From Atopobium sp. (GTDB taxonomy: Bacteria; Actinomycetota; Coriobacteriia; Coriobacteriales; Atopobiaceae), in the NCBI GenBank assembly GCA_015258715.1, contig JABZHR010000003.1, forward strand, positions 48,872 to 112,871: a stretch of DNA of 64,000 nucleotides, read 5' to 3'. Below are positions 1 to 9,649 of the stretch, in pieces. The stretch's first letter is position 1. Each line of letters starts with the position of its first letter. The translations under genes were made by a program, and so were the position numbers. The notes under the pieces were generated by a model. That model did not search any database and was not told the DNA's origin. It worked only from the letters and a program-made list of their open reading frames with translations.

Positions 1-1
1 A

Positions 2-187
2 GCAGATGTCGAGAACGGTAACTTTAACTCGTTCTTCATCGGTTTTGCGCCTTACGACCACCCAACCCTTGTTGTTTCTGTTGTCATCGAAGGCAACGGC
101 GAGAACGTTTTGGGTTACGGTGCTCAGGTTGGCGGCCGTGTTCTTGCGCAGTGCCTGAATATCCAAGCTTTGGGCGCTGCTTCGTAG
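2..187 (+). CDS. pbpA: 3' end of a penicillin-binding protein (transpeptidase), partial at the window edge
   Basis: Frame-2 translation ...[37 protein letters not shown]... ends at TAG 185-187. This is a typical PBP transpeptidase C-terminus. Its position directly upstream of pknB matches the conserved actinobacterial pbpA-pknB arrangement. Confidence 0.5.
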
Positions 188-287
188 CACTCAAAACATC
201 GCACGGTCTTCTCCCCAAGTAGTTGGGTGTGTTCTAAGATAGTAAGTGACGTGGCGAGAAAATCGCACGCTTGATAGGAGTTGAGTT

Positions 288-2213
288 ATGCCAGGTAGAA
301 TGCTCGGTGGGCGTTACCAGGTTCAAGACAAAATTGGTACCGGTGGAATGGCCACCGTTTACCGCGGACAGGACCAGGTTCTTGGCCGTACTGTTGCCAT
401 CAAGATGATGCTGCCTCAGTACGCAAACGATCCGTCCTTTGCTGCTCGTTTTAAGCAGGAAGCTCAGGCTGCAGCAGCACTCTCCAGTCCATATATCGTC
501 TCGGTCTACGACTGGGGCAAGGACGGCGAGTCCTACTACATTGTCATGGAGTATCTGCGCGGTACAGACCTTAAGAGCGGCATCCGCAAGCATGGTGCCC
601 TTGATTCCCGTAAGGTGGCTCAGATTGGCTCTCAGATTGCTCAGGCGCTGTCTGTAGCACACCGTCACGACATCATTCACCGTGACATCAAACCACAAAA
701 CATCATGGTTCAGCCAGATGGCAACATCAAGGTCATGGACTTTGGTATTGCTCGCGCAAAGAACAGCAGTCTAACCACCGATAACTCTGTTCTTGGCACC
801 GCTCATTACGTTTCTCCAGAGCAAAGTACCGGCAAGCCTTTGGGACCAACCACCGATATCTATTCCCTGGGTATTGTCATGTACGAGGCTGCTACTGGTC
901 GCGTACCTTTTGCCGGCGACGACGCTATTAGCGTTGCTATGAAACAGGTCAACGAAGCTCCTCAGCCACCATCGCTGATCAACCCCAACGTTGACCCCGC
1001 TCTTGAGGCAATCATCCTTCGCTGCATGGAGAAAAACCCAGCCGACCGCTACCAAAGTGCTGACGAGCTTGCTCGCGCACTTCGCGATTTTATTGCCGGT
1101 CGTGCAACTATTCCAAGCAACACCACCGTGAGCCCTCGCATTGTGACGCCTCCTCAGCCAACTTCCAGGCTTGATCGTCGCGGTATCGATGGCTCCAACA
1201 CCTACATGACCCGCGGTGGCGACACTGGTCGCCTCAACCGCGTCCATTCTCGTGAAGAGGCCGATGAGCTGGATAGACGCGAGAATAAGCGTCACAAGCG
1301 CAACGTTATTCTCGGCGTCCTGGGCGCTCTGGTTGTCCTAGCTCTTGCGGGTTTTGCCATCGCGCACATCCTCGGCAACTCTTCTCAGCAGTATTTGGTT
1401 CCACAGTTTGTTGGACAGACAAAAGACCAGGCAACTCAGGCACTAAATGCTTCTGGCAGCCACTTTAAGCTGGGAACTGTTACAGAAAGCTATAGCGATT
1501 CTGCACCTGAAGGCCAGGTCATTGACCAGACTCCAAGCGCTAACAGGCAGGCCGCTGAAGGAACTGCTATCAATCTTGTTGTTTCTAAGGGTGCTAAACC
1601 TGCCGCGGCGGTTAAGGTACCTGACCTCACTAATAAGAGTCCATCAGAGGCTGAGTCCGCTCTTGCTGCTGTTGGCCTCAAGGCAAGAAATGGCGATTCA
1701 GTTGAGTCAGACGACGTGACCGTTGGTTACGTTGCAACTCAGGAACCAGCCGCAGGTAGCGATGCCAAAGCTGGTGATACCATCACCTATCATCTGTCTT
1801 CTGGCAAGGGTAAGGCAGATGTTCCAGACGTCACAGAGATGACCGCCGAACGTGCATCTGATGTCCTGAAAGATGCAGGATTCAAGGTAGATACTCAGCA
1901 GCAGCCTTCGTCGAGCGTGCCTGAGGGCCGCGTTATCTCCCAGTCTCCAGCTAACGGCAAGGCAGATAAGGGCTCTACCGTAACGATCGTTGTTTCGTCT
2001 GGCGCCCAAAGCGGATCTGTTCCAAGCGTTGTCGGTAAGGACTTTGAGACGGCTCAAACCACGCTTGAGAACGCCGGCTTCCAGGTCAATACCGTCTGGG
2101 TATACGACGACAACGTCGCAACCGGCAACGTAGTTGGACAGACGCCATCAAGCGCCGCACCTGGTGCTACGATCACCATTCGCGTCTCCAGCGGACCTCG
2201 CCCATCAGCGTAA
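288..2213 (+). CDS. pknB: Ser/Thr protein kinase with a transmembrane segment and four C-terminal PASTA repeats
   Basis: The kinase subdomains HRDIKPQNIMV and DFGIA are present, followed by one TM helix. Four ~65-aa PASTA-like repeats each end in ...VSSG or LSSG. Confidence 0.9.
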   Translation: MPGRMLGGRYQVQDKIGTGGMATVYRGQDQVLGRTVAIKMMLPQYANDPSFAARFKQEAQAAAALSSPYIVSVYDWGKDGESYYIVMEYLRGTDLKSGIRKHGALDSRKVAQIGSQIAQALSVAHRHDIIHRDIKPQNIMVQPDGNIKVMDFGIARAKNSSLTTDNSVLGTAHYVSPEQSTGKPLGPTTDIYSLGIVMYEAATGRVPFAGDDAISVAMKQVNEAPQPPSLINPNVDPALEAIILRCMEKNPADRYQSADELARALRDFIAGRATIPSNTTVSPRIVTPPQPTSRLDRRGIDGSNTYMTRGGDTGRLNRVHSREEADELDRRENKRHKRNVILGVLGALVVLALAGFAIAHILGNSSQQYLVPQFVGQTKDQATQALNASGSHFKLGTVTESYSDSAPEGQVIDQTPSANRQAAEGTAINLVVSKGAKPAAAVKVPDLTNKSPSEAESALAAVGLKARNGDSVESDDVTVGYVATQEPAAGSDAKAGDTITYHLSSGKGKADVPDVTEMTAERASDVLKDAGFKVDTQQQPSSSVPEGRVISQSPANGKADKGSTVTIVVSSGAQSGSVPSVVGKDFETAQTTLENAGFQVNTVWVYDDNVATGNVVGQTPSSAAPGATITIRVSSGPRPSA

Positions 2214-2250
2214 GCTGCGCGCGCAACCAATTGGCTCATCAAGTACGTTC

Positions 2251-2286
2251 AAGCCCTGTAACCGGGTTCGGTTGCAGGGCTTTTTG
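2251..2286 (+). terminator. Rho-independent terminator after pknB
   Basis: A 13-bp stem with one mismatch (aagccctgtaacc ... ggttgcagggctt) is followed by TTTTT. Confidence 0.6.
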
Positions 2287-2786
2287 CTGCCACAGAAAGA
2301 GTTCTGTGTCGGCATGTGTCGTTATCGGCTCCAACGCTGCGAGCGTTTCAACGCTTTTCGGGTCATAGACAACTGGTACAACCGACACGGCCTGTTTTGA
2401 TGGTGGCTGAACACACCTATGTCGGATAATCTGCCAAAAAGACGTATACATGACGCTGAAAATAGCTAAAGCATGCAGATTATCGTCATTAGGTGTGTAA
2501 TATGCCCGCGTTTGAGCAGAATATCCGACATAGGTGTGTTGCTTAGAAGTGGAATTTACCTATAGTTAGATTTTTTATATTTCTCTATTCATTTTCAAGC
2601 ATATTAGATGAAGTTTATACATAAATATGTATATCAGGCAGGGAGATCACTTGGCTATCAGACAGGATGCCTCTAGCTGTCCAGCTTTCTTGATTAAAAG
2701 CCAGACAATTCTTCAGCGAGGCGCGACTAGGCTGCGCTATTTCGACACGCCAAGCCTAAAACCCGACGCTAACACGCTGCAGAAAG

Positions 2787-2816
2787 AAAAAACCGACAGC
2801 GCTTAGCCGTCGGTTT
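2787..2816 (-). terminator. Terminator downstream of tRNA-Arg on the minus strand
   Basis: The aaaccgac ... gtcggttt hairpin is followed on the minus strand by a T6 run. Confidence 0.45.
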
Positions 2817-2824
2817 GAAATCAA

Positions 2825-2900
2825 TGGTGCCCCCGGGCCGATTCGAACGGCCGACACCCGCTTTAGGAGAGCGGTGCTCTATCCCCTGAGCTACGAAGGC
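2825..2900 (-). tRNA. tRNA-Arg (anticodon CCT)
   Basis: The reverse complement folds as a cloverleaf with acceptor gccttcg/cgggggc (two G-U pairs), the T-loop ggttcgaatcc, the anticodon loop cuCCUaa, and an encoded CCA end. Confidence 0.85.
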
Positions 2901-2979
2901 ATGTGGGATATTCTACTCACGTAGGCTCGCGTACGCAAATCTCGCCAACGCTTGCGGCGCCGTCAGCAGCACGAAGCTG

Positions 2980-3606
2980 CTACTTGCGACGAGCCTTGCG
3001 CTCGGCCCTCTTTCTGTCGTACTCAGCCTGACGCTCGAGGTAGAAATCGTTGAGCTTCTTATCAGTCATGCCAGCAACCTTAGCCTCAATCTTCTTGCGA
3101 AGAGGACGCATCTTAAAGAAGCTGTAGACGACCGAACCAAAGATGCAGAAGTAAGCAAAGACCAGCATGATGGCAGAAATCATACCAACGCCAGTGTTCA
3201 AATCTCTAGACTCAGGAACCATATAAGAAAGTACCAGCGTAATGATGGTTGCTACAAAGCCAAGACCCAGGAAGACCCACCAAACGCGCTCGGCACGATG
3301 GTAGTCTGGATCTGCGCGCAGCATTGCCTCAAATCCACGGCTGCGGATATCCTCGCGCTCGCGCTGACGAGCACGTGCAGCACGCTTCTCTTCTTTGCTC
3401 TTTGGTGCGCTGGAGCCGGAGCCAGAACCACTCACGCGTACAGATGCAGCTGCCTCTCGTACTGGTTTTGCAGTAGCAGCAGATTTGCGACCAAAAGCGG
3501 AATACGAAGGACGCTCAGTCTCCTCAGAGTTTTCTTTCTTTGAAAGGCTTGCGGTAGCCTCACGCGCTTCTTTGGTTGCGCCTGTAATGGTGTCACGCAG
3601 TGACAT
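2980..3606 (-). CDS. Small membrane protein with two TM helices and highly charged Lys/Arg/Glu-rich termini (DUF3043-like)
   Basis: The 208-aa ORF has a central pair of hydrophobic helices and charged, low-complexity ends. The family assignment is from memory of its architecture only. Confidence 0.4.
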   Translation of the reverse strand: MSLRDTITGATKEAREATASLSKKENSEETERPSYSAFGRKSAATAKPVREAAASVRVSGSGSGSSAPKSKEEKRAARARQREREDIRSRGFEAMLRADPDYHRAERVWWVFLGLGFVATIITLVLSYMVPESRDLNTGVGMISAIMLVFAYFCIFGSVVYSFFKMRPLRKKIEAKVAGMTDKKLNDFYLERQAEYDRKRAERKARRK

Positions 3607-4510
3607 TGGTCTCCTTCAGTGGTACAAACTCAGTTCCCGTAATAATCTGGAATGCCGTACGATAGCGCTCGGACGTGCCCTCAATGACCTCTTCTGGAAG
3701 ATGAGGTGGCTCTCCTTGCATGTCCCAGTGGGCTTTCAGCCAATCGCGTACATACTGCTTGTCGTAGCTTGGCTGAACGTGTCCCTCAGAATAACCCTCA
3801 GCAGGCCAGAAACGGCTTGAATCAGGTGTAAGGCACTCATCAATAAGTGTAAGTTTTCCGTCGATAAAACCAAACTCAAATTTGGTATCCGCAATAATAA
3901 TTCCACGAGTTGCAGCATATTCTGCAGCGGCCTTATAAATTGCAAGCGAAGCTTCCTTCAGCTGAGTAGCAACATCCTCGCCAACAATCTCACAGCAACG
4001 CTCAAACGAGATATTCTCGTCATGATCGCCAAGCTCAGCCTTAGTGGAAGGGGTAAAGATTGGCTCAGGAAGCTTTGAAGCCTCGGTCAAACCGTCAGGC
4101 AGCTTAATGCCGCAGACGGTGCCGTCCTGGTCGTAAGTCTTCTTACCAGAACCTGTGAGGTAACCGCGAACAATGCACTCAATAGGCACTGTTTGAGCCT
4201 TCTTGACCAGCATAGCGCGGCCAGCAAGGTACTCAGCGTAATCTGTAAACTGCTCAGGAGTCTGATCTGGCAGAACAGAAATCATGTGGTTAGGCAGAAG
4301 ATCCTTAAAGCGGTTGAACCAAAATGCGCTAATACGCGTCAGAATTTCTCCCTTAAAAGGAATCTCGTCTGGGAGGATAAAGTCAAAAGCACTAATGCGA
4401 TCGCTCGCAACCATCAAAAGTTTGTCGCCACAATCGTAGATATCGCGGACCTTACCGTGCGAATCGGGACGAAGCTCAGCTCCAGCCACAATGACCTCAC
4501 TTCTGCGCAA
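3593..4510 (-). CDS. purC: Phosphoribosylaminoimidazole-succinocarboxamide synthase (SAICAR synthetase)
   Basis: The 305-aa ORF contains the SDRISAFD motif and has the overall long-form PurC pattern. Confidence 0.9.
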   Translation of the reverse strand: MRRSEVIVAGAELRPDSHGKVRDIYDCGDKLLMVASDRISAFDFILPDEIPFKGEILTRISAFWFNRFKDLLPNHMISVLPDQTPEQFTDYAEYLAGRAMLVKKAQTVPIECIVRGYLTGSGKKTYDQDGTVCGIKLPDGLTEASKLPEPIFTPSTKAELGDHDENISFERCCEIVGEDVATQLKEASLAIYKAAAEYAATRGIIIADTKFEFGFIDGKLTLIDECLTPDSSRFWPAEGYSEGHVQPSYDKQYVRDWLKAHWDMQGEPPHLPEEVIEGTSERYRTAFQIITGTEFVPLKETNVTA

Positions 4511-4564
4511 AGCGCGTTGTATTGCAGGACTTTTGATTGTACGGCAAAATGCCCAAAAATCGGC

Positions 4565-6070
4565 CTACAACAACGTTTCTGTAACAGAGATATTATTTTG
4601 GGTAAGCACCGGAAGATGCAGCGAGAAGGTAGTGCCCTTTCCAAGCTCGGATTCAACCGAAATGGTGCCGTTGTGACGGTCCATAATCTCTTTTGTAATT
4701 GCCAGACCTACGCCAAGGCCGCCTGACGCGCGCTCACGGCTCTCTTCTGCGCGCCAGAATCGCGAGAAGGTCTGTGGAATGTCCTCAGGAGCAATTCCCA
4801 TTCCGTCATCAGACACGGAAATAACCGCGTCGGTATCGTCAATTGAAACGGTTATGACAACATGGCCACCATCATCGGTGTAGCGGATGGCGTTGCTCAG
4901 CAAATTAGTCAGAGCTTCTCGGATCATGTCCGAGTCAATATCAACAAAACAGTTGCCCTCGGGCGTCATATCCACAAAGGTTAGCGTGCGATTATTCTCC
5001 TTGAAAAGCGTCTCTTGCACAGCAACAATGCTTGCCACCATTGCTACCACATTAACACTTTCTGGGTTGAACTTTGTCTTGCCGTTCTCAAGTCTTGAAA
5101 GGTGGAGCATGGCATCTACCAGGCGAGAAAGACGTCTGCTCTCAGACACAATGTTTTCCAGGCGCTCTTCATCTGCAGGCAAGATGCCATCTTGAATTGC
5201 TTCAACGGTAGCCATAATTGCCATGAGCGGAGTTCTGAGTTCGTGTGCAACATCGCTGGTCAGGCGGCGTTCAAGCTTAATGTCTCTTTCGAGTGAAGAA
5301 GCCATGTCATCGAAGGTTTCTCCTAGGCGCCCCAGTTCATTCTCGCCACGGATACCTGAACGAGCAGCAAGATTACCGCTTCTAATCTGAACAGCCGTCT
5401 CGGTAATGCGACGCATAGGCTTGGTAAGCGAGCGCGAAGCCAAAATGCCAATCAATCCGGACAGAGAGATTGCAATAGCTGCAGCAAGACTGATTGCCTG
5501 GTAGGAGCCATTACGGAATGCAATGTCTCGCTGGGTCAAGAACGGCTCAGAGCCAAACGTCCAGATTCTGATGCTGCCTACAGCTTCTCCTTGCAAGTTT
5601 TGAACAACTGCATACACCACAGCGTCGCCTGTCTGAGGACCAGAGAGCGAACTGTTCACACCAGGTCGACGTGCGTTTGGCGCCGAATCGTCATACAGCA
5701 CCACGCCAGAAACGTCTAAAACCTGGATGCCAATATCAGGATTAGACGATGAGGCTTGGCGCGCAATAGACAGTACGTCAGCGTTCCAGCCGTCTGCACG
5801 CGCGTATGCTTGAGACATATTAAGCGCGGTGTTATCGACAGTATTCTGCAAGTTCTCCCTGGTATAAGCAGTAAAACGACTCTCCCACACAATACCCAAG
5901 ACAGAAATAAGCACCAAAACCGTCATGACCGCGGTCAGCGCAAAGAACGCCGCCATGCGGGTAGTAAAGCTCTGAGTACCAACGGGATCAGGCTTAATAG
6001 TTTTATAAGAACCCTCAGTTTCCGGAGGGTTCTCAAGAGAATTTGAATGATGTTTCTTGAAGAGCGCCAA
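4565..6070 (-). CDS. Two-component sensor histidine kinase (two TM segments, HAMP, HisKA, HATPase)
   Basis: The H-box HELRTPL and the C-terminal N/G boxes (GGLGVGLAI) are present. It sits immediately downstream of an OmpR-type response regulator. Confidence 0.85.
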   Translation of the reverse strand: MALFKKHHSNSLENPPETEGSYKTIKPDPVGTQSFTTRMAAFFALTAVMTVLVLISVLGIVWESRFTAYTRENLQNTVDNTALNMSQAYARADGWNADVLSIARQASSSNPDIGIQVLDVSGVVLYDDSAPNARRPGVNSSLSGPQTGDAVVYAVVQNLQGEAVGSIRIWTFGSEPFLTQRDIAFRNGSYQAISLAAAIAISLSGLIGILASRSLTKPMRRITETAVQIRSGNLAARSGIRGENELGRLGETFDDMASSLERDIKLERRLTSDVAHELRTPLMAIMATVEAIQDGILPADEERLENIVSESRRLSRLVDAMLHLSRLENGKTKFNPESVNVVAMVASIVAVQETLFKENNRTLTFVDMTPEGNCFVDIDSDMIREALTNLLSNAIRYTDDGGHVVITVSIDDTDAVISVSDDGMGIAPEDIPQTFSRFWRAEESRERASGGLGVGLAITKEIMDRHNGTISVESELGKGTTFSLHLPVLTQNNISVTETLL

Positions 6071-6081
6071 AACTCTAGAGC

Positions 6082-6822
6082 TTAGGACTCGTGGCTAGCG
6101 TTGCCGGCCTCAAAGCGATAGCCAACACCGTGAACAGTGAACAGCCAGCGAGGATTACGAGGATCATCACCAAGCTTTGCGCGCAAATTCTTGACGTGCG
6201 AATCAATAGTGCGCTCATAGCCCTCAAAGTCATAGCCCAGGACCTTCTCGACAAGCTCCATACGTGTGTACACGCGGCCAGGATAGCGAGCAAGGGTGGT
6301 GAGCAGCTTAAACTCTGAAGCGGTAAGGTCAACTTCCTCGTTGTTAATGAGAATCTTGTGACCAGAAATATCAATGGTAAGCGTACCGTAATCAAGCACA
6401 TCAACAGCAGTCTCTGGCTCAGAATACGTACGGCGGAACAGCGCGCGAACACGTGCTACCAGCTCACGAGGCGAGAAAGGCTTGACAAGGTAGTCATCAG
6501 CGCCAAGCTCAAGACCAATAATCCTGTCTTCTACCTCACCTTTTGCAGTAAGCATAATGATGGGCACATTGGAGGTATCCCTGATTGCACGGCAAACGCG
6601 CTCTCCAGAAAGCTTTGGAAGCATGAGGTCAAGGATAACCAGGTCAAATGCATGTTTCTCAAACTCTTCAACTGCACTCTGACCGTCGCCAACACCCTTA
6701 ACAACGTAATTTTCGCGCTCAAGATATGCTGAGACGGCGTCACGGATGACTTTCTCATCTTCGACAATCAGAATTTTCTTCTCGTCGGAAGCCATTGTCT
6801 CCCCTTTTCTTTTGCCCTGCAT
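6082..6822 (-). CDS. OmpR-family response regulator. The likely start is MASDEKK at 6795.
   Basis: A receiver domain (ILIVEDE...LDLMLP...K) is followed by a winged-helix output domain (...GYRF). Confidence 0.9.
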   Translation of the reverse strand: MQGKRKGETMASDEKKILIVEDEKVIRDAVSAYLERENYVVKGVGDGQSAVEEFEKHAFDLVILDLMLPKLSGERVCRAIRDTSNVPIIMLTAKGEVEDRIIGLELGADDYLVKPFSPRELVARVRALFRRTYSEPETAVDVLDYGTLTIDISGHKILINNEEVDLTASEFKLLTTLARYPGRVYTRMELVEKVLGYDFEGYERTIDSHVKNLRAKLGDDPRNPRWLFTVHGVGYRFEAGNASHES

Positions 6823-6895
6823 GTATGTGCTTATGGCACATTACGATTATTCATTAATTATTTGTATTCATTCTATCGCTATGCCTACAAATAAT

Positions 6896-8107
6896 CTACA
6901 AAGAAAAAACACGAACTGTCACGGAAGCAGGATATCCGCTGGTAGGGTCTTTAACAGTCGAGTAGGTTACAAAAGAATCACAGTTACCTTCTCGAGCGGG
7001 GAATTCTCCGTAATCAACGCTTCTATCCATTGAATAAAGCCAGTTTGCCGTTTGATTCTGTGTATCAACAAGCACGTAAGAAGCACGACTCTTAATAATA
7101 TAAAGGCTACCTTTACCTGCAGCTATTGCATAAGGCTCGCGTTCAATGATGTAAGGATTTTCTCCTGAAGCAGGCAAGATATACGTTCCCATCTTGCCCA
7201 AAAGGCCGCCCGAGTCATAACTTGCTTCAACAGACACAATGAACTTATCGTCTACGCGACTTGCTACAAAAGGCTTAACAGATTGGGGCATAACAAGCTG
7301 GTCAACCTTAGTTTTGAGGTTATCGCCCAGTAGGTATGCCGTAACGCCATAGTAGGTGCCCTCAGAGGCACGAACTCGAGGAGTAAGGGTGACTACTCCC
7401 TTAGAGATAGATGGCGCGGTAGCAAATCTGCCTGGAGATTCAACGGCATCCGTTCCTTCCGAATCGCCTACACGCCACACATAGCAGTGAGAAGACTCAC
7501 GGGTTTTCTCGCCCGAAGAAGAAGGCTGGACAAGCCAAACCACCTTATCGTCTCCGCAGGCAAATGGAGCCGGATCCCAGTTTTTATCGGCCTTGTACAG
7601 TACCTTTGCGTCACCTGTGAGCTTGCCGTCAGAAAATGGTGCGGCGAGAAGCTCCCAATCAAAGGTTGTGGTATCCACCTCGACCCATGCGTATACAGAG
7701 TCAGAGCAGCGGACGTCGTAAATAACGGCGGTAGTATTGTTCATCTGAGCTGTAGGAACAACGTCAACTACCTGGCCAGACGTCAGCGAGAGAGCAGAGC
7801 CCTTCACCATAGGCGTGGCAGATGCGCCGGCCGTGGTAACGGGAATCCAATTTCCATCAGCTGGGTGTAGCACGCTTCCTAAAGGAAGCGTCCATGTCTG
7901 ACTTGGCTGGGCAGAATATTCCGTTGAACTATAGGAGTCCAGCACGTTTGTGCCGGAAGACTCATCAAGTACCAGCGGCTTTCCTGCGTCACTCGAGCCC
8001 TCTTGATGGGAGCAGCCTGCTGCGATGCTAATTGCACCAGCAACTACTACGCCAGCTGCTCCCGTCTTGAAGAAGTTTCGACGAGAAATGTTCCCAAACA
8101 AAGCCAC
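6896..8107 (-). CDS. Tat-signal lipoprotein of unknown function
   Basis: The N-terminus RRNFFKTGAAGVVVAGAISIAAGC carries a twin-arginine motif and a lipobox Cys. No recognisable catalytic motifs were seen. Confidence 0.55.
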   Translation of the reverse strand: MALFGNISRRNFFKTGAAGVVVAGAISIAAGCSHQEGSSDAGKPLVLDESSGTNVLDSYSSTEYSAQPSQTWTLPLGSVLHPADGNWIPVTTAGASATPMVKGSALSLTSGQVVDVVPTAQMNNTTAVIYDVRCSDSVYAWVEVDTTTFDWELLAAPFSDGKLTGDAKVLYKADKNWDPAPFACGDDKVVWLVQPSSSGEKTRESSHCYVWRVGDSEGTDAVESPGRFATAPSISKGVVTLTPRVRASEGTYYGVTAYLLGDNLKTKVDQLVMPQSVKPFVASRVDDKFIVSVEASYDSGGLLGKMGTYILPASGENPYIIEREPYAIAAGKGSLYIIKSRASYVLVDTQNQTANWLYSMDRSVDYGEFPAREGNCDSFVTYSTVKDPTSGYPASVTVRVFSL

Positions 8108-8110
8108 GAT

Positions 8111-9457
8111 TTAGTCCAATTCAAGATGCTCAAGACGGTCAAACAGAACGTTTGAGCGGGTAAGGAATGCGCGAGGATCAAAAATCTTCTCAAGCTCCTC
8201 GTGGCTCAGCGTACAAGCTGGATCTGCCTCAAGAAGCTCCTGGTAGGATGGTCCTTCCTTGCACTGCTGAATGTCGCCCCACACCTTCATGGCGTTAGAC
8301 TGGACAATCTTGTATGCCTCTTCGCGAGTAATACCAGTGTTTACCAGGGCAAGAAGAACCTTTGACGAGAAGAGCATGCCACGGGTCTTATTGAGGTTTG
8401 CCATCATCTGCTCTGGATACAGAACCATGCCATCAAGCAAGAACTCAAGCTTTGACAGCATGTGGTCAAGAGCAATAAAGCTATCCGCCTGAGCAACACG
8501 CTCAGCAGAAGAGTGGCTGATGTCACGCTCGTGCCAAAGTGCAACGTTATCAAAGGCAACCTGTGCATTTGCCTTAACTACGCGGGACAAACCACAGATC
8601 TTCTCGGCAGTAATAGGGTTGCGCTTGTGAGGCATAGCAGAAGAGCCCTTCTGGCCCTTGCGGAATGGCTCCTCAGCCTCGAGGGTATCGGTCTTCTGCA
8701 GTGCTCGCATCTCAGTTGCAACGCGCTCGCAGGTAGCGGCAACGGTTGCCAGAACACCAGCAAGATACGCGTGGTGGTCGCGAGAAATTACCTGGGTTGA
8801 AAGTGGATCGTGGACAAGACCGAGTTTCTCGCAAACGTACTCCTCAACAAAAGGATCAATGGAAGAGTAAGTTCCAACAGCGCCAGAAATAGCACCATAG
8901 GCAACGTTTTTGCGAGCGTCCTTAAGGCGGTCAAGATCACGCTTAAACTCCCAGGCCCAGCTACCAAACTTCATGCCAAAGGTCATAGGCTCGGCATGAA
9001 TGCCGTGAGTGCGGCCGACGCACAGAGTGTCGCGCTCCTCAAAAGCACGACGCTTGCAGATAGCAGCGCAGCGACGAACTGCAGCAATGAGCAGGTCACA
9101 TGCCTGGGTGAGCTGGTAGCAAAGAGCGGTATCGCCCAAGTCTGTTGAGGTCATGCCATAGTGAACCCAGCGGCTTGGCTTGAGCTCACCCTCTGGAACC
9201 TCAGCATCAATATAGGAGCCCATGTTAGTCAGAAACGCGATAACATCGTGGTTGGTAACAGCCTCAATCTCATCTACCTCAGCACGGTTAAACGCTGCGT
9301 GCTCACGAATCCAAGCCGCCTCTTCGCGAGAAATGCCAATAACACCCAGCTCAGCCTGTGCTTCGCACGCAAGGACTTCAATCTCCTGCCAAACGGCGTA
9401 CTTGTTCTCCAAAGAAAAGATGTGGCCCATTTCTTTGCCGGTGTAGCGATCTACCAC
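8111..9457 (-). CDS. purB: Adenylosuccinate lyase
   Basis: The 448-aa ORF carries the fumarate-lyase signature GSSAMPHKRNP. Confidence 0.9.
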   Translation of the reverse strand: MVDRYTGKEMGHIFSLENKYAVWQEIEVLACEAQAELGVIGISREEAAWIREHAAFNRAEVDEIEAVTNHDVIAFLTNMGSYIDAEVPEGELKPSRWVHYGMTSTDLGDTALCYQLTQACDLLIAAVRRCAAICKRRAFEERDTLCVGRTHGIHAEPMTFGMKFGSWAWEFKRDLDRLKDARKNVAYGAISGAVGTYSSIDPFVEEYVCEKLGLVHDPLSTQVISRDHHAYLAGVLATVAATCERVATEMRALQKTDTLEAEEPFRKGQKGSSAMPHKRNPITAEKICGLSRVVKANAQVAFDNVALWHERDISHSSAERVAQADSFIALDHMLSKLEFLLDGMVLYPEQMMANLNKTRGMLFSSKVLLALVNTGITREEAYKIVQSNAMKVWGDIQQCKEGPSYQELLEADPACTLSHEELEKIFDPRAFLTRSNVLFDRLEHLELD

Positions 9458-9525
9458 GATGAGACTCCTTCTGCTCGTAAAAGAAAAGGTCGAGTACCAC
9501 TATGGTACCCGACCTTTGAATTACC

Positions 9526-9601
9526 TGGTGGGCCGTTAGGGGTTCGAACCCTAGACCTTGGGATTAAAAGTCCCCTGCTCTACCAACTGAGCTAACGGCC
9601 C
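9526..9601 (-). tRNA. tRNA-Lys (anticodon TTT)
   Basis: The reverse complement gggccgttagctcagttggtagagc...cuUUUaa...ggttcgaaccc...cacca folds as a cloverleaf. The CCA end is encoded. Confidence 0.85.
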
Positions 9602-9649
9602 ATTATCGGGCGTGGCAATTTTACCACGCAACTAGGATAGTGTAGCAGT

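Noticed and set aside
4565-8107. A MtrA-MtrB-LpqB identity for the response regulator, kinase and lipoprotein
   Set aside because: The gene order is wrong. The lipoprotein is upstream of the regulator rather than downstream of the kinase. No LpqB-specific features were seen.
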